A stretch of DNA of 64,000 nucleotides, taken from an uncultured candidate division Zixibacteria bacterium (GTDB taxonomy: Bacteria; Zixibacteria; MSB-5A5; GN15; PGXB01). The notes beneath the pieces were generated by a model. It was not told where the DNA came from. It ran no database searches and saw only the letters and a program-made list of their open reading frames with translations. Location: contig OY969724.1 in assembly GCA_963702205.1 (NCBI GenBank), positions 1,536,001-1,600,000 of the forward strand, given 5' to 3'. The position numbers and the translations under genes were made by a program. This document shows, in pieces, positions 16,972 through 26,484 of this stretch (position 1 is the first letter of the stretch; every line of letters starts with the position of its first letter).

Positions 16972-17741
16972 GTCAGATTCATCCAACCGCGATCATAGAC
17001 AGCTCGGCTCAACTGGGTGATAATGTTTCGGTTGGTCCGCATGCGATTATCGAAGCCGATACGAAAATCGGGGACGACGTCGTCATCGGGGCCAACTGCC
17101 TTGTGGCTCAATACACCGAACTTGCCAATGAAGTAAAACTTTTCCACGGGGCGGTGGTCGGCACGGTTCCGCAGGACTTGAAATTCGAGGGTGAAAAAAC
17201 TCGGCTGGTGATCGGTGAAAAGACGGTTATCCGCGAATATGTTATGCTCAACCGGGGTACTCACGACAAACTTCAGACCGTCATCGGCTCCAACTGCCTT
17301 TTAATGGCTTATTCGCATATCGCTCACGATTGTATCGTGGGGGACAATGTCATTCTGGCCAACGCGGTGAATATCGCGGGGCACGTCGAAATCGGCGATT
17401 ACGCCATAATCGGTGGCGTCGTGCCAGTGCATCAGTTCGTAAAGATCGGTGCTCATACGATGATCGGCGGCGGGTTCAGGGTGCAGCAGGACGTCTGTCC
17501 TTATGCACTTGTAGCGGGATATCCTCTCAGGGTTGCCGGGCTTAATTCGATCGGGCTGAATCGTCGCGGTTTCCCCAAAGAGACCGTCAAAACACTCGAA
17601 AAGGCCTTCAAAATATTATTCTTCTCCAGGCTCAATACCTCGCAGGCCGTCGAAAAGATCAGAAGCGAAGTTGAGATTATTCCCGAAGTGCAGGAGGTTC
17701 TTGACTTTTTCAAGAACTCTGTACGGGGCGTGATCAAATAG
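16968..17741 (+). CDS. lpxA: Acyl-ACP--UDP-GlcNAc O-acyltransferase
   Basis: IHPTAII, hexapeptide repeats, PQDLKF, HIAHDC, HQF and GLNSIGL. Confidence 0.96.
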   Translation: MSQIHPTAIIDSSAQLGDNVSVGPHAIIEADTKIGDDVVIGANCLVAQYTELANEVKLFHGAVVGTVPQDLKFEGEKTRLVIGEKTVIREYVMLNRGTHDKLQTVIGSNCLLMAYSHIAHDCIVGDNVILANAVNIAGHVEIGDYAIIGGVVPVHQFVKIGAHTMIGGGFRVQQDVCPYALVAGYPLRVAGLNSIGLNRRGFPKETVKTLEKAFKILFFSRLNTSQAVEKIRSEVEIIPEVQEVLDFFKNSVRGVIK

Positions 17742-17761
17742 AGTTTGAATCGAAACTGCCC

Positions 17762-18739
17762 ATGGATAAAATAAAAACAGTGGTCGTGGGTGTCGGTCAT
17801 CTGGGGCGGCATCATGCCCGTTGGTACAACAGCCTGCCCGATTCGGAACTGGTCGGCGTCTATGACATTGATCCAGATAAAGGCCGGAGCGTAGCAGAAG
17901 AGTTGAACGTGCCGCAGCTGTCTTCGCTGGATGATGTAATCTCCGAAGCCGAGGCGGTATCGGTAGTGGTGCCGACCGTAAATCATTTTGAAGTGGCTCA
18001 AGAACTGCTTCAAAACAAAGTGCACTGTCTGGTCGAAAAGCCGATTGCGTCATCATCGGACCAGGCGGCCGCCATGATCGCACTGGCCAAAGAGAACAAC
18101 GTCATTATGACGGTCGGGCAGATTGAAAGATTTAATCCGGCGGTGCAGGCGATAATGAAGCACGATATCAACCCGAGGTTTATCGAGGCGCATCGCCTGG
18201 CGGCTTTCAATCCGCGCGGTACCGACGTGGCGGTTATCCTCGACCTGATGATTCACGATATAGATCTGACGCTGCACCTGACAAAATCGAAAATAGCGAG
18301 AATCGATGCCGCCGCCGTGGCGGTGATTTCCGATACGGCCGATATCGCCAACGCCCGGCTCACTTTCGAAAACGGGTCGGTCGCGAATCTCACCGCGAGC
18401 CGGATTTCACTGCGCCCGATGCGCAAGCTGCGGATTTTTCAGAAATCGGGCTATTATTCGCTGGACCTGGCCGAAAAGCGGGCCGATATTTATCGTCTGG
18501 CCGACGAAGTTCCTCCCGACTCGGTCGGCATGAAAATTCCCCTCGGTGACAGCGGACGGGAAATCTTCTATGCCAAAGCGGGAGCGTCGGACGGCGACAT
18601 GCTCCGCGAAGAATTAAAGGCCTTTCTCGACTCGGTGCGCAATAAGGTTCAGCCGCCGGTTGCGGCCGAGGAAGCCGCCGAAGCGCTCCGGGTGGCACTC
18701 GAAGTCGAACGTATCGGCTTGAAGGATATCAAAGATTGA
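17762..18739 (+). CDS. Gfo/Idh/MocA oxidoreductase (GnnA-like UDP-GlcNAc 3-dehydrogenase candidate)
   Basis: Motifs GVGHLG, EKP, ERFNP and DLMIHDID; located between lpxA and lpxB. Confidence 0.85.
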   Translation: MDKIKTVVVGVGHLGRHHARWYNSLPDSELVGVYDIDPDKGRSVAEELNVPQLSSLDDVISEAEAVSVVVPTVNHFEVAQELLQNKVHCLVEKPIASSSDQAAAMIALAKENNVIMTVGQIERFNPAVQAIMKHDINPRFIEAHRLAAFNPRGTDVAVILDLMIHDIDLTLHLTKSKIARIDAAAVAVISDTADIANARLTFENGSVANLTASRISLRPMRKLRIFQKSGYYSLDLAEKRADIYRLADEVPPDSVGMKIPLGDSGREIFYAKAGASDGDMLREELKAFLDSVRNKVQPPVAAEEAAEALRVALEVERIGLKDIKD

Positions 18740-18740
18740 T

Positions 18741-19859
18741 ATGTCCGCCGAAAACATACCCATATTCGTCAGCGCCGGTGATCCCTCCGGCGACATCGCC
18801 GGGTATCATCTACTAAACGCACTCCAAAGACAAAATCCCGGATTTCAATTTTTCGGCCTCGGCGGCAAACGCATGAAAAGAGCCGGGCAGGATCAGATTG
18901 TCGATGGCGACGAGCTCGCGGTGATGGGTTTCTGGGAGGTCGCGCGAAAGTTCTGGTTTTTTAAGAGGCTAATGTCCGATTGCGTCGAGCAGATTAAAAG
19001 CCGCAGGCCCGCCGCAGCGATACTCATAGATTATCCCGGCTTCAATCTGAGGCTGGCGGCGAGACTGCACGACCTTGATGTCCCGGTCATTTATTATATT
19101 TCTCCCCAAATCTGGGCCTGGGCGCCCAAACGCATCGAGAAAATAAAGCGCTGGGTCAATCTGATGCTGGTGATTTTGCCTTTTGAAACGTCGCTGTACG
19201 ATAAAGCCGGGGTGCCGAACCGGTTTGTCGGCCATTACCTGATGGATGATTTGGACAAGAAATATATCAGAGCACCGTTCAATGACAAATCCGACCTGGT
19301 GACGCTGATGCCGGGATCGCGGCCGCAGGAAGTGGAGCGAATGCTCCCGACCATGCTGGAGAGCGCGGCGATTATCAGCAAAGAAATTCAATGTCACTTT
19401 GCCATTGCCGGGGTACAAGGCGGGATCGACTATAATAAGTACATTAAAGATTCGCCGATTTCCGTTGCTTTGTCGATGGACAACAACCGTCAGTTGATCA
19501 GCGAAAGCCGCATGGTGATTGCATCGTCGGGCACGGCGACGCTTGAAACCGGGATTATCGGGCGGCCGATGGTCGTCATTTATAAGACGGGGCGTATTAC
19601 CTATATGATCGCCCGGCGGCTGGTGCAGATCGACAAAATAGCTTTGATAAACATCGCGGCTGGCAAAAAAATAGTGCCGGAATTGATACAAGACGAAGCG
19701 ACACCGCAAAGGATCGCCTCCGAAGTCAACCGCGTGCTGGCCGACTCGGGGCAGTTGAATGCGATTGTGGAGCAGCTCAATGACGTTACCGACCGGCTGG
19801 GCGGCCCGGGGACGTCGGAGCGCGCCGCGCGGGCGATACGGGAGTTTATCAATTGCTGA
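18741..19859 (+). CDS. lpxB: Lipid-A-disaccharide synthase
   Basis: Motifs AGDPSGD, IDYPGFN, SPQIWAW, ILPFE, PGSR, SGTATLE and PELIQ. Confidence 0.95.
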   Translation: MSAENIPIFVSAGDPSGDIAGYHLLNALQRQNPGFQFFGLGGKRMKRAGQDQIVDGDELAVMGFWEVARKFWFFKRLMSDCVEQIKSRRPAAAILIDYPGFNLRLAARLHDLDVPVIYYISPQIWAWAPKRIEKIKRWVNLMLVILPFETSLYDKAGVPNRFVGHYLMDDLDKKYIRAPFNDKSDLVTLMPGSRPQEVERMLPTMLESAAIISKEIQCHFAIAGVQGGIDYNKYIKDSPISVALSMDNNRQLISESRMVIASSGTATLETGIIGRPMVVIYKTGRITYMIARRLVQIDKIALINIAAGKKIVPELIQDEATPQRIASEVNRVLADSGQLNAIVEQLNDVTDRLGGPGTSERAARAIREFINC

Positions 19860-21106
19860 CCCTGTATAAAATTGCCACGTTTGTCATATATTACGTGACG
19901 CTGCCGTACACTTTTCTGTCATCGCTTTCGGGTTCTATGAAATGGAAGAACCGCCTGGGGCTGGGTTTCCCTGATGTAGTCCACGATAGTCCACTCATCT
20001 GGCTGCATGCGGCCTCGATGGGTGAGGTGTCCGTGCTCGGTATTCTGGCCGATCATATTCGGCGGCTGGACGAGACAGTGCAGTTGTACGTTACGGTCAT
20101 GACCGAAACCGGATACAAACGCGCTCGCGACCTGTTGCCCGACAATATTCTCGTGTCATTTTTCCCCCTCGACTGCAAAACTCCGATTAAAAGATTTTTA
20201 AATACGATTGAGCCCGATCTGGCCGTATTTATCGAAACCGAAATTTGGCCCAACTGGATTTTGCGGCTGTACCGCCGAAATGTCCCGATAGTCCTGGCCA
20301 ACGGACGACTTTCGGAAAAATCGGCGCGGTCGTACGCACGCTTTGGATCGTCGATGAAAAAGCTGATGTCATGCTACAGCAGCATTATGGTGCAATCAGA
20401 AGAAAACAAAGCGCGGTTTATGTCTATCGGAGCGGACGATACCAAAATTGTCATAGCCGGGAGTCTTAAATTCGATGCACCTGTTCGCGAGCTGACGGAT
20501 AGCACCAGGCGAACCATTAGAAAAAGACTGCCGTTCGATCGGGAGGCCAAAATATGGATTTGCGGTTCGAGCCGCAACGGTGAACACGAGTTGTTGCTCA
20601 ACGTTTATGTCAACCTCAAAAAGAAACATCCTTCACTGCACATGATTTTGGTGCCGCGACATCTGGAAAAAATAGATGACATCGCTCGCATGATAGACGA
20701 TAGAGGTTTGAAATCGGTCCGTTATACCGCGATGACCGATGCAACGCCGGATGTCGATATATTGCTGGTCGACCAGATAGGGTGCCTCAATGATTTATAT
20801 CCGGCCTCGGATATCTCCTTTGTCGGCGGGACGCTGGTCGATATCGGCGGCCATAATTTGTTGGAGCCGGTTTGGGCCGGGGTGCCGGTTTTGTTCGGGC
20901 CGTGCATATCGAATGTCAAAGACAGCGCTGAGTATATTGAAAAAAGTGATTTCGGTCTCAGGGTCGATGATAGCAATCGCCTGGAATCTGCGCTTGATTC
21001 GTTTTTATCCGGCCGTCTGAAATTTGCCCGCAAGACTGAAGTTTCAGGGGGCGCTTCGGGTGCCTCGGGGACGGCTCAAATCATATTATCCTTGTTACGG
21101 AAATGA
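19853..21106 (+). CDS. waaA: Kdo transferase
   Basis: Motifs WLHAASMGE, ETEIWPN, LKFD, PRH and GGHNLLEP. Confidence 0.93.
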   Translation: MLTLYKIATFVIYYVTLPYTFLSSLSGSMKWKNRLGLGFPDVVHDSPLIWLHAASMGEVSVLGILADHIRRLDETVQLYVTVMTETGYKRARDLLPDNILVSFFPLDCKTPIKRFLNTIEPDLAVFIETEIWPNWILRLYRRNVPIVLANGRLSEKSARSYARFGSSMKKLMSCYSSIMVQSEENKARFMSIGADDTKIVIAGSLKFDAPVRELTDSTRRTIRKRLPFDREAKIWICGSSRNGEHELLLNVYVNLKKKHPSLHMILVPRHLEKIDDIARMIDDRGLKSVRYTAMTDATPDVDILLVDQIGCLNDLYPASDISFVGGTLVDIGGHNLLEPVWAGVPVLFGPCISNVKDSAEYIEKSDFGLRVDDSNRLESALDSFLSGRLKFARKTEVSGGASGASGTAQIILSLLRK

Positions 21107-22170
21107 AACTTTTCTGGCAAAAAGTAATCGCCAATAAATCCCACCCGATGTACTGGCCGTTTGTACTAATACTGTGGATAATATCTTTAGTGTACCGTGT
21201 TCTTAATGCTCTTAATCGAATCTTGAATTCAAATAAAGTAAAATTAAATATTCCGGTCATATCGGTTGGCAATCTGACAGTCGGAGGTGCGGGCAAGACG
21301 CCGATTGTGACAGCGCTGGCTCAATTGTTAACCGGCAAAAGTAACAAGATTGGGATTGTCGCTCGGGGATACGGGCGAGAATCAAATGAAATCATAATCG
21401 GTATCGGGGCCGATCTTTGTCGAAAAAGTGCCGCAGAAATCGGTGATGAGCCGCTGATGATGGCGGAATGTTTGCCCGATGTCTATTTTGCGGTCGGTTC
21501 ACCTAAATGGAAAGCGGCGCAAAAGCTATCAAGATCAGCAAGACTCGATGTTATCATAATTGATGACGGTTTTCAGCACTATCGTCTGGCCCGTAACCTG
21601 GATATTGTCGCCGTAGATGCCCGTCATGATCTCAGGAATGAATCGATATTCCCGCTGGGGCGACTTAGGGAAAGTTTGAAAAATCTTAAAAGGGCTGACA
21701 TCATAATTCTTAATCGAGTTGATCAAGCAAATGAAAATTCCAGGTATATAAAATGGCTGGAAAGCGTTTACACGGACAAATTAACACTTCGAGCCGGATA
21801 TAAGATATCGGCGCTGATTTCAGCCGATAGTCAAAAGCCTGTTGAATTTATCGAAGGCAAAAGTATCGTGGCGTTTTCGGGGATTGCCGACAATAAATCA
21901 TTTGAGGATATTATCTTAGAATATAAGCCCTCTCACCTCGAAATTTTAACCTTTGCAGATCATTGCCGCTATCAAAAAACCGAAATCGGCGCCATTAAAA
22001 ACAAAATGGGAACTTTTGACCCCGATTTAGTCTTGACGACTCACAAGGATTATGTTAAAGTCAGAAACTATAAATTCGGTCGTGTGGTTTATTATGTTAA
22101 AGTCGTGCCGGAATTTATGCCCGGGTATGACGAACTGATAAATAGGCTTGAAGGAATTATTGGCGGATAG
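21103..22170 (+). CDS. lpxK: Tetraacyldisaccharide 4'-kinase
   Basis: Motifs VISVGNLTVGGAGKTP, RGYG, GDEP, DDGFQH, PLGRLRE and TTHKD. Confidence 0.95.
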   Translation: MKLFWQKVIANKSHPMYWPFVLILWIISLVYRVLNALNRILNSNKVKLNIPVISVGNLTVGGAGKTPIVTALAQLLTGKSNKIGIVARGYGRESNEIIIGIGADLCRKSAAEIGDEPLMMAECLPDVYFAVGSPKWKAAQKLSRSARLDVIIIDDGFQHYRLARNLDIVAVDARHDLRNESIFPLGRLRESLKNLKRADIIILNRVDQANENSRYIKWLESVYTDKLTLRAGYKISALISADSQKPVEFIEGKSIVAFSGIADNKSFEDIILEYKPSHLEILTFADHCRYQKTEIGAIKNKMGTFDPDLVLTTHKDYVKVRNYKFGRVVYYVKVVPEFMPGYDELINRLEGIIGG

Positions 22171-23798
22171 ATGGAAAAGCGTTACGATTTCATAATTATC
22201 GGTTCCGGTATCGCCGGGCTGTTTTTCGCACACAAGATATCCGGATTGATGCCCGATGCGAAAGTCGCGATTATAACCAAGAAATCCGAAACGGAGTCGA
22301 ATACCAACTACGCCCAGGGCGGGATAGCGACGGTCATGTCGAAGATTGACAGCTTTGACATGCATATAAAAGACACTCTGGTGGCCGGGGCCGGCTTGTG
22401 CCGCCGCGACGTGGTCGAACAGATTATCCGCTATGGGCCGGAAATCATAAATAAACTCGTGGAAATCGGCGTCCATTTCACCAGGCGGGGTAAGACTTTC
22501 GATCTGGGCCGCGAGGGTGGGCACACCACCAACCGGGTCGTGCACGCCGCCGATCTGACTGGGCGCGAAATCGAACATGCGCTATTAAATGCCTGCCGCC
22601 GGAGAAAGAATGTCGATATTTACCGCAACACGATTGCGCTTGATTTGATCACGTACCAGTGGAAAGGCCGCGACCGGTGCGGCGGTGTTTATGCCTTTTC
22701 CGAGAAGAAGAACGACCTGACCGGCTTTTATGCCCCGGTGACGATGCTCGCCACCGGCGGTATCGGGCAGGTTTATTATCATACGACCAATCCGAAAATC
22801 GCCACCGGCGACGGGATCGCGATGGCGTACCGGGCCGGAGCCGGGTGGCCAACCTGGAATTCGTACAGTTTCATCCGACCGCCCTGTACAGCCCCGGCAA
22901 GAAACCATTTTTGATTTCCGAGGCCGTGCGCGGCGAAGGCGGCGTCCTGATAAACTCGGTCGGGAAGAAATTCATGCGCGGCTATCATCCTCTGAAGGAC
23001 CTGGCCCCTCGTGATATCGTCGCGCGGGCGATCGATACCGAGCTCAAGCAAACCGGCGACCGGTTCGTGCTGCTGGATATAAGTCATAAAGGGGCGGCCT
23101 TTGTCAAAAAACGTTTCCCCAATATATATAACGAATGCCTGAAGCGGGGGATGGATATCTCGAAAGAACCGATTCCGGTGGTGCCGTCGGCGCATTACGT
23201 TTGCGGGGGGGTTATGGCCGATATTCACGGCCACACCGATATTGAGGGGTTGTTCGTCTGCGGAGAGTCGGCTTGTACCGGTATGCACGGCGCCAACCGG
23301 TTAGCTTCCAATTCGCTTTTGGAAGCGGTGGTTATGTCGGACTTTGCCGCCGATGATGCCGTCGAGTTTCGTCAGAACGGGAATTTCCCCGATTCGCCGC
23401 CGTCCAAAGAGTGGCTGCACTCTACCATCGACGGGATAAAAGACAAAATCATAATTTCTCACGAGCGCACCGAGGTGCGGCGTTTGATGTCCGATTATTT
23501 GGGCATAGTCCGCAGCAGCGAGCGGTTGAAAATGGTGCATCAAAGGGTGAAAGTTATCCTCAAAGCGATAAATGCTTATTATCTTGGCAATCCCGTATCG
23601 TACGGAGTCGTAGAACTTCGCAATATCGCCCAGGTGGCGGAGTTGGTTATACGGTCCGCCAAACGGCGCAAGGAATCGCGGGGGCTGCACTGGATTATAG
23701 ATTACCCGGAAATCGACGACAAGCGCTGGAAGCGGGACACAGTGATTAAACCGCCCAATTATGTGTCCAACGGGAGGAACCATGGTCCACGCCGATGA
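22171..23798 (+). pseudogene. nadB: L-aspartate oxidase, split by a 1-nt frameshift near 22842 (true lesion or sequencing error)
   Basis: The N-terminal half has GSGIAGL, NTNYAQGGI, REGGH and TGDGIAMAYRAGA. The protein continues in the -1 frame with RVANLEFVQFHPT, SEAVRGEG, LAPRD, HGANRLASNSLLE and ESRGLH. Confidence 0.9.
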
Positions 23799-25323
23799 AA
23801 TGATTTTAATCCTCGATTTCGGATCACAGTACACGCAACTGATCGCGCGGCGTATCCGTGAAGCCAAAGTTTATTGCGAAATTGTCCCATGCACCGCTGA
23901 CCATAAGGAATTTTCATCGCGCAATATCAAAGGGTACGTTCTCTCCGGAGGTCCGGCTTCGGTTTTGGAGGAAGGTTCGCCACAGCTTGACAGTTCCTTT
24001 TTCGAAACCGGAAAGCCCATACTCGGCATTTGTTACGGGATGCAGCTTCTGGCAAAAAATTTCGGCGGGAAACTGGTGCGCAGCGAATTTCGGGAGTACG
24101 GCCCGGCGAAAATCGAGCTCAAAGCGACGCCTGCGATTTTCAAAGGCATCGCCGGGGCCAGCCAGGTCTGGATGAGTCACGGTGATTCGATCGTCGAAAT
24201 GCCGAACGATTTTGTCGTGACGGCTTCAACCGCGACCCTGCCTATCGCCGCAATCGCCAATGACAAAAGGAAAATCTTCGGGGTGCAGTTTCATCCCGAG
24301 GTGCATCATACCGATGAAGGCAAAAAAATCCTTCACAATTTCCTGTATGACGTTTGCGGCTGTTCGGGGAGCTGGACGACCGAATCTTTCATCGAAACGA
24401 CGGTAAAAAACCTGTCCGAAAAACTGGCCGACGAGAAAGTAGTGCTGGCTATATCCGGCGGGGTCGATTCCACTGTCTGTGCCCTGCTCTTGAAGAAAGC
24501 CGTCGGGGACCGTCTGTATGCGATATTCGTCAATAACGGTGTTCTTCGCAAGAACGAATTCGAAGATGTCACAACAATGCTTTCGTCGCTGGGATTGAAC
24601 TTAATCCCGGTCGATGCCTCGGACATGTTTCTGGCCCGGCTGCAGGGCATTACCGATCCGGAAAAGAAAAGGGTTATCATCGGCAATACGTTTATAGATA
24701 TTTTCGAAGAACAGGCCAGGAAGATTGGGGATATTAAATTTCTGGCTCAGGGGACGCTTTATCCCGATGTCATCGAATCGGTGTCGTTCAAGGGCCCGTC
24801 GGCGACGATCAAGACCCATCACAACGTCGGCGGCTTGAAAGAACGCATGGAACTGAAATTGATCGAGCCATTAAGGGAGCTTTTTAAGGATGAGGTTCGC
24901 GAACTGGGGCGCCTTTTCGGGCTGGACAATAAGTTCGTGGGCCGACACCCGTTTCCCGGTCCGGGACTGGCGGTGAGAATTGTGGGGGAAATTACTCGAG
25001 GTCGTCTGGATATCCTGCGCGAGGCCGACGCCATATTTATTGAAGAACTTCGCGCCGCCGATCAGTACGACAAAATCTGGCAGGCGTTCGCGGTGCTTCT
25101 GCCGGTGAAATCGGTTGGAGTAATGGGCGACGAGCGGACTTATGAAAACGTGGTGGCGCTCCGGGCGGTGACATCGACCGACGCCATGACGGCCGACTGG
25201 GCCAAGATACCATATGACCTGCTGGCTCGGGTTTCCAACCGAATTATCAATGAAGTAAAAGGGGTCAACCGGGTAACGTATGATATTTCCTCCAAGCCTC
25301 CGGCGACCATCGAATGGGAATAA
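23782..25323 (+). CDS. guaA: GMP synthase (glutamine-hydrolysing)
   Basis: Motifs LDFGSQY, GICYG, QFHPEV, SGGVDS, QGTLYPD and [17 protein letters not shown] before ATG 23782. Confidence 0.97.
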   Translation: MVHADEMILILDFGSQYTQLIARRIREAKVYCEIVPCTADHKEFSSRNIKGYVLSGGPASVLEEGSPQLDSSFFETGKPILGICYGMQLLAKNFGGKLVRSEFREYGPAKIELKATPAIFKGIAGASQVWMSHGDSIVEMPNDFVVTASTATLPIAAIANDKRKIFGVQFHPEVHHTDEGKKILHNFLYDVCGCSGSWTTESFIETTVKNLSEKLADEKVVLAISGGVDSTVCALLLKKAVGDRLYAIFVNNGVLRKNEFEDVTTMLSSLGLNLIPVDASDMFLARLQGITDPEKKRVIIGNTFIDIFEEQARKIGDIKFLAQGTLYPDVIESVSFKGPSATIKTHHNVGGLKERMELKLIEPLRELFKDEVRELGRLFGLDNKFVGRHPFPGPGLAVRIVGEITRGRLDILREADAIFIEELRAADQYDKIWQAFAVLLPVKSVGVMGDERTYENVVALRAVTSTDAMTADWAKIPYDLLARVSNRIINEVKGVNRVTYDISSKPPATIEWE

Positions 25324-25361
25324 CTCGATGAATTCTACCGGCTTGCGACTTTCTTATTCAA

Positions 25362-25390
25362 TTGACAAAGCGGACTCATTCGACTATAAT
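25362..25390 (+). promoter_or_regulatory. Consensus sigma70 promoter
   Basis: TTGACA-N17-TATAAT exact. Confidence 0.75.
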
Positions 25391-25442
25391 GGAAGTCGAT
25401 TTTAGGTGATGGTGCTGGTATTTTAAAGAGACGGATTTCAAA

Positions 25443-26432
25443 TTGACCACTTTGGACAAAAATCGACTCGAAGAACTTATACGGCCTGTCCAGGGCGAAC
25501 TGGACCAGTTTGACCGCAAGCTTCACGCCTTTTTGAAAGGCGACTCGCCTTTAATCAGTTCCATTGCCAAGCACCTGTTGAAATCGCGGGGCAAGCGAAT
25601 TCGCCCGGCCATCCTGTTTCTGACGTCGCGGGCGGGCAAATATCACAGCGATCACACGGTCGATGTTTCTTTATCCATCGAATTGATTCATACGGCGACA
25701 CTTCTCCACGACGACGTGGTCGATGATTCCGATATGCGCCGGGGAACCGAGACCGTTAATTTCAAATGGACCAACCTGATTTCGGTTCTGATGGGCGATT
25801 ACCTGTTTGCCAAGGCGTTCCGGCTGATGTCGTCGGTCGGCTCGACCCAGCTTATGGATGCCATCTCGCAGGCGACAGAGCGAGTTTCGGTGGGGGAATT
25901 GCGGCAAATAGAGGAAACGTCGAATTATGACCTGTCCGAAGAGGAATATATTAAGATAATCGCGGACAAGACGGCCGCCCTGTTTGCGGTCGCGTGTGAA
26001 GTCGGTCCAATTCTGGCTTCCCAGAGCAACGAGGTTCGCCAGCGTTTCGCCACTTTCGGGGAGAAAATCGGCGTGGCTTTTCAGATCGCCGACGATCTGC
26101 TCGATTTCGTGGGTGATGCGCTGGTCACCGGAAAAGAGCCCGGTAACGACATTCTAACCGGCAAGGTCACACTGCCGCTGATATATTCTCTCCGTACCGC
26201 CGACAAGGCACGGGCCAACAGCATGATGGAAATATTGAATAACGGCGTCAATAAGACCGGTTTCCTGAAGATTCTGAAATACGTGACTGAAACCGGTGGA
26301 ATCGAATACGCTTATCAGCGGGCCGCGGAGATCGCCCGGGAAGGCCTCGAGGCGGTGAAAGACCTCGACGATACCGAATATTTCAAATCCCTGAAGGGGA
26401 TGGTGCAATTTTCCACGACCCGCGCCGCGTAA
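25443..26432 (+). CDS. Trans-polyprenyl diphosphate synthase (IspB/HepT-like)
   Basis: GKRIRP, first Asp-rich motif LLHDDVVD, KTA, and second motif FQIADDLLD. Confidence 0.93.
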   Translation: MTTLDKNRLEELIRPVQGELDQFDRKLHAFLKGDSPLISSIAKHLLKSRGKRIRPAILFLTSRAGKYHSDHTVDVSLSIELIHTATLLHDDVVDDSDMRRGTETVNFKWTNLISVLMGDYLFAKAFRLMSSVGSTQLMDAISQATERVSVGELRQIEETSNYDLSEEEYIKIIADKTAALFAVACEVGPILASQSNEVRQRFATFGEKIGVAFQIADDLLDFVGDALVTGKEPGNDILTGKVTLPLIYSLRTADKARANSMMEILNNGVNKTGFLKILKYVTETGGIEYAYQRAAEIAREGLEAVKDLDDTEYFKSLKGMVQFSTTRAA

Positions 26433-26484
26433 TATCTTTGTATGATTTTAAACTTTATCCGCCTGTCCCGATATAATTAATACA

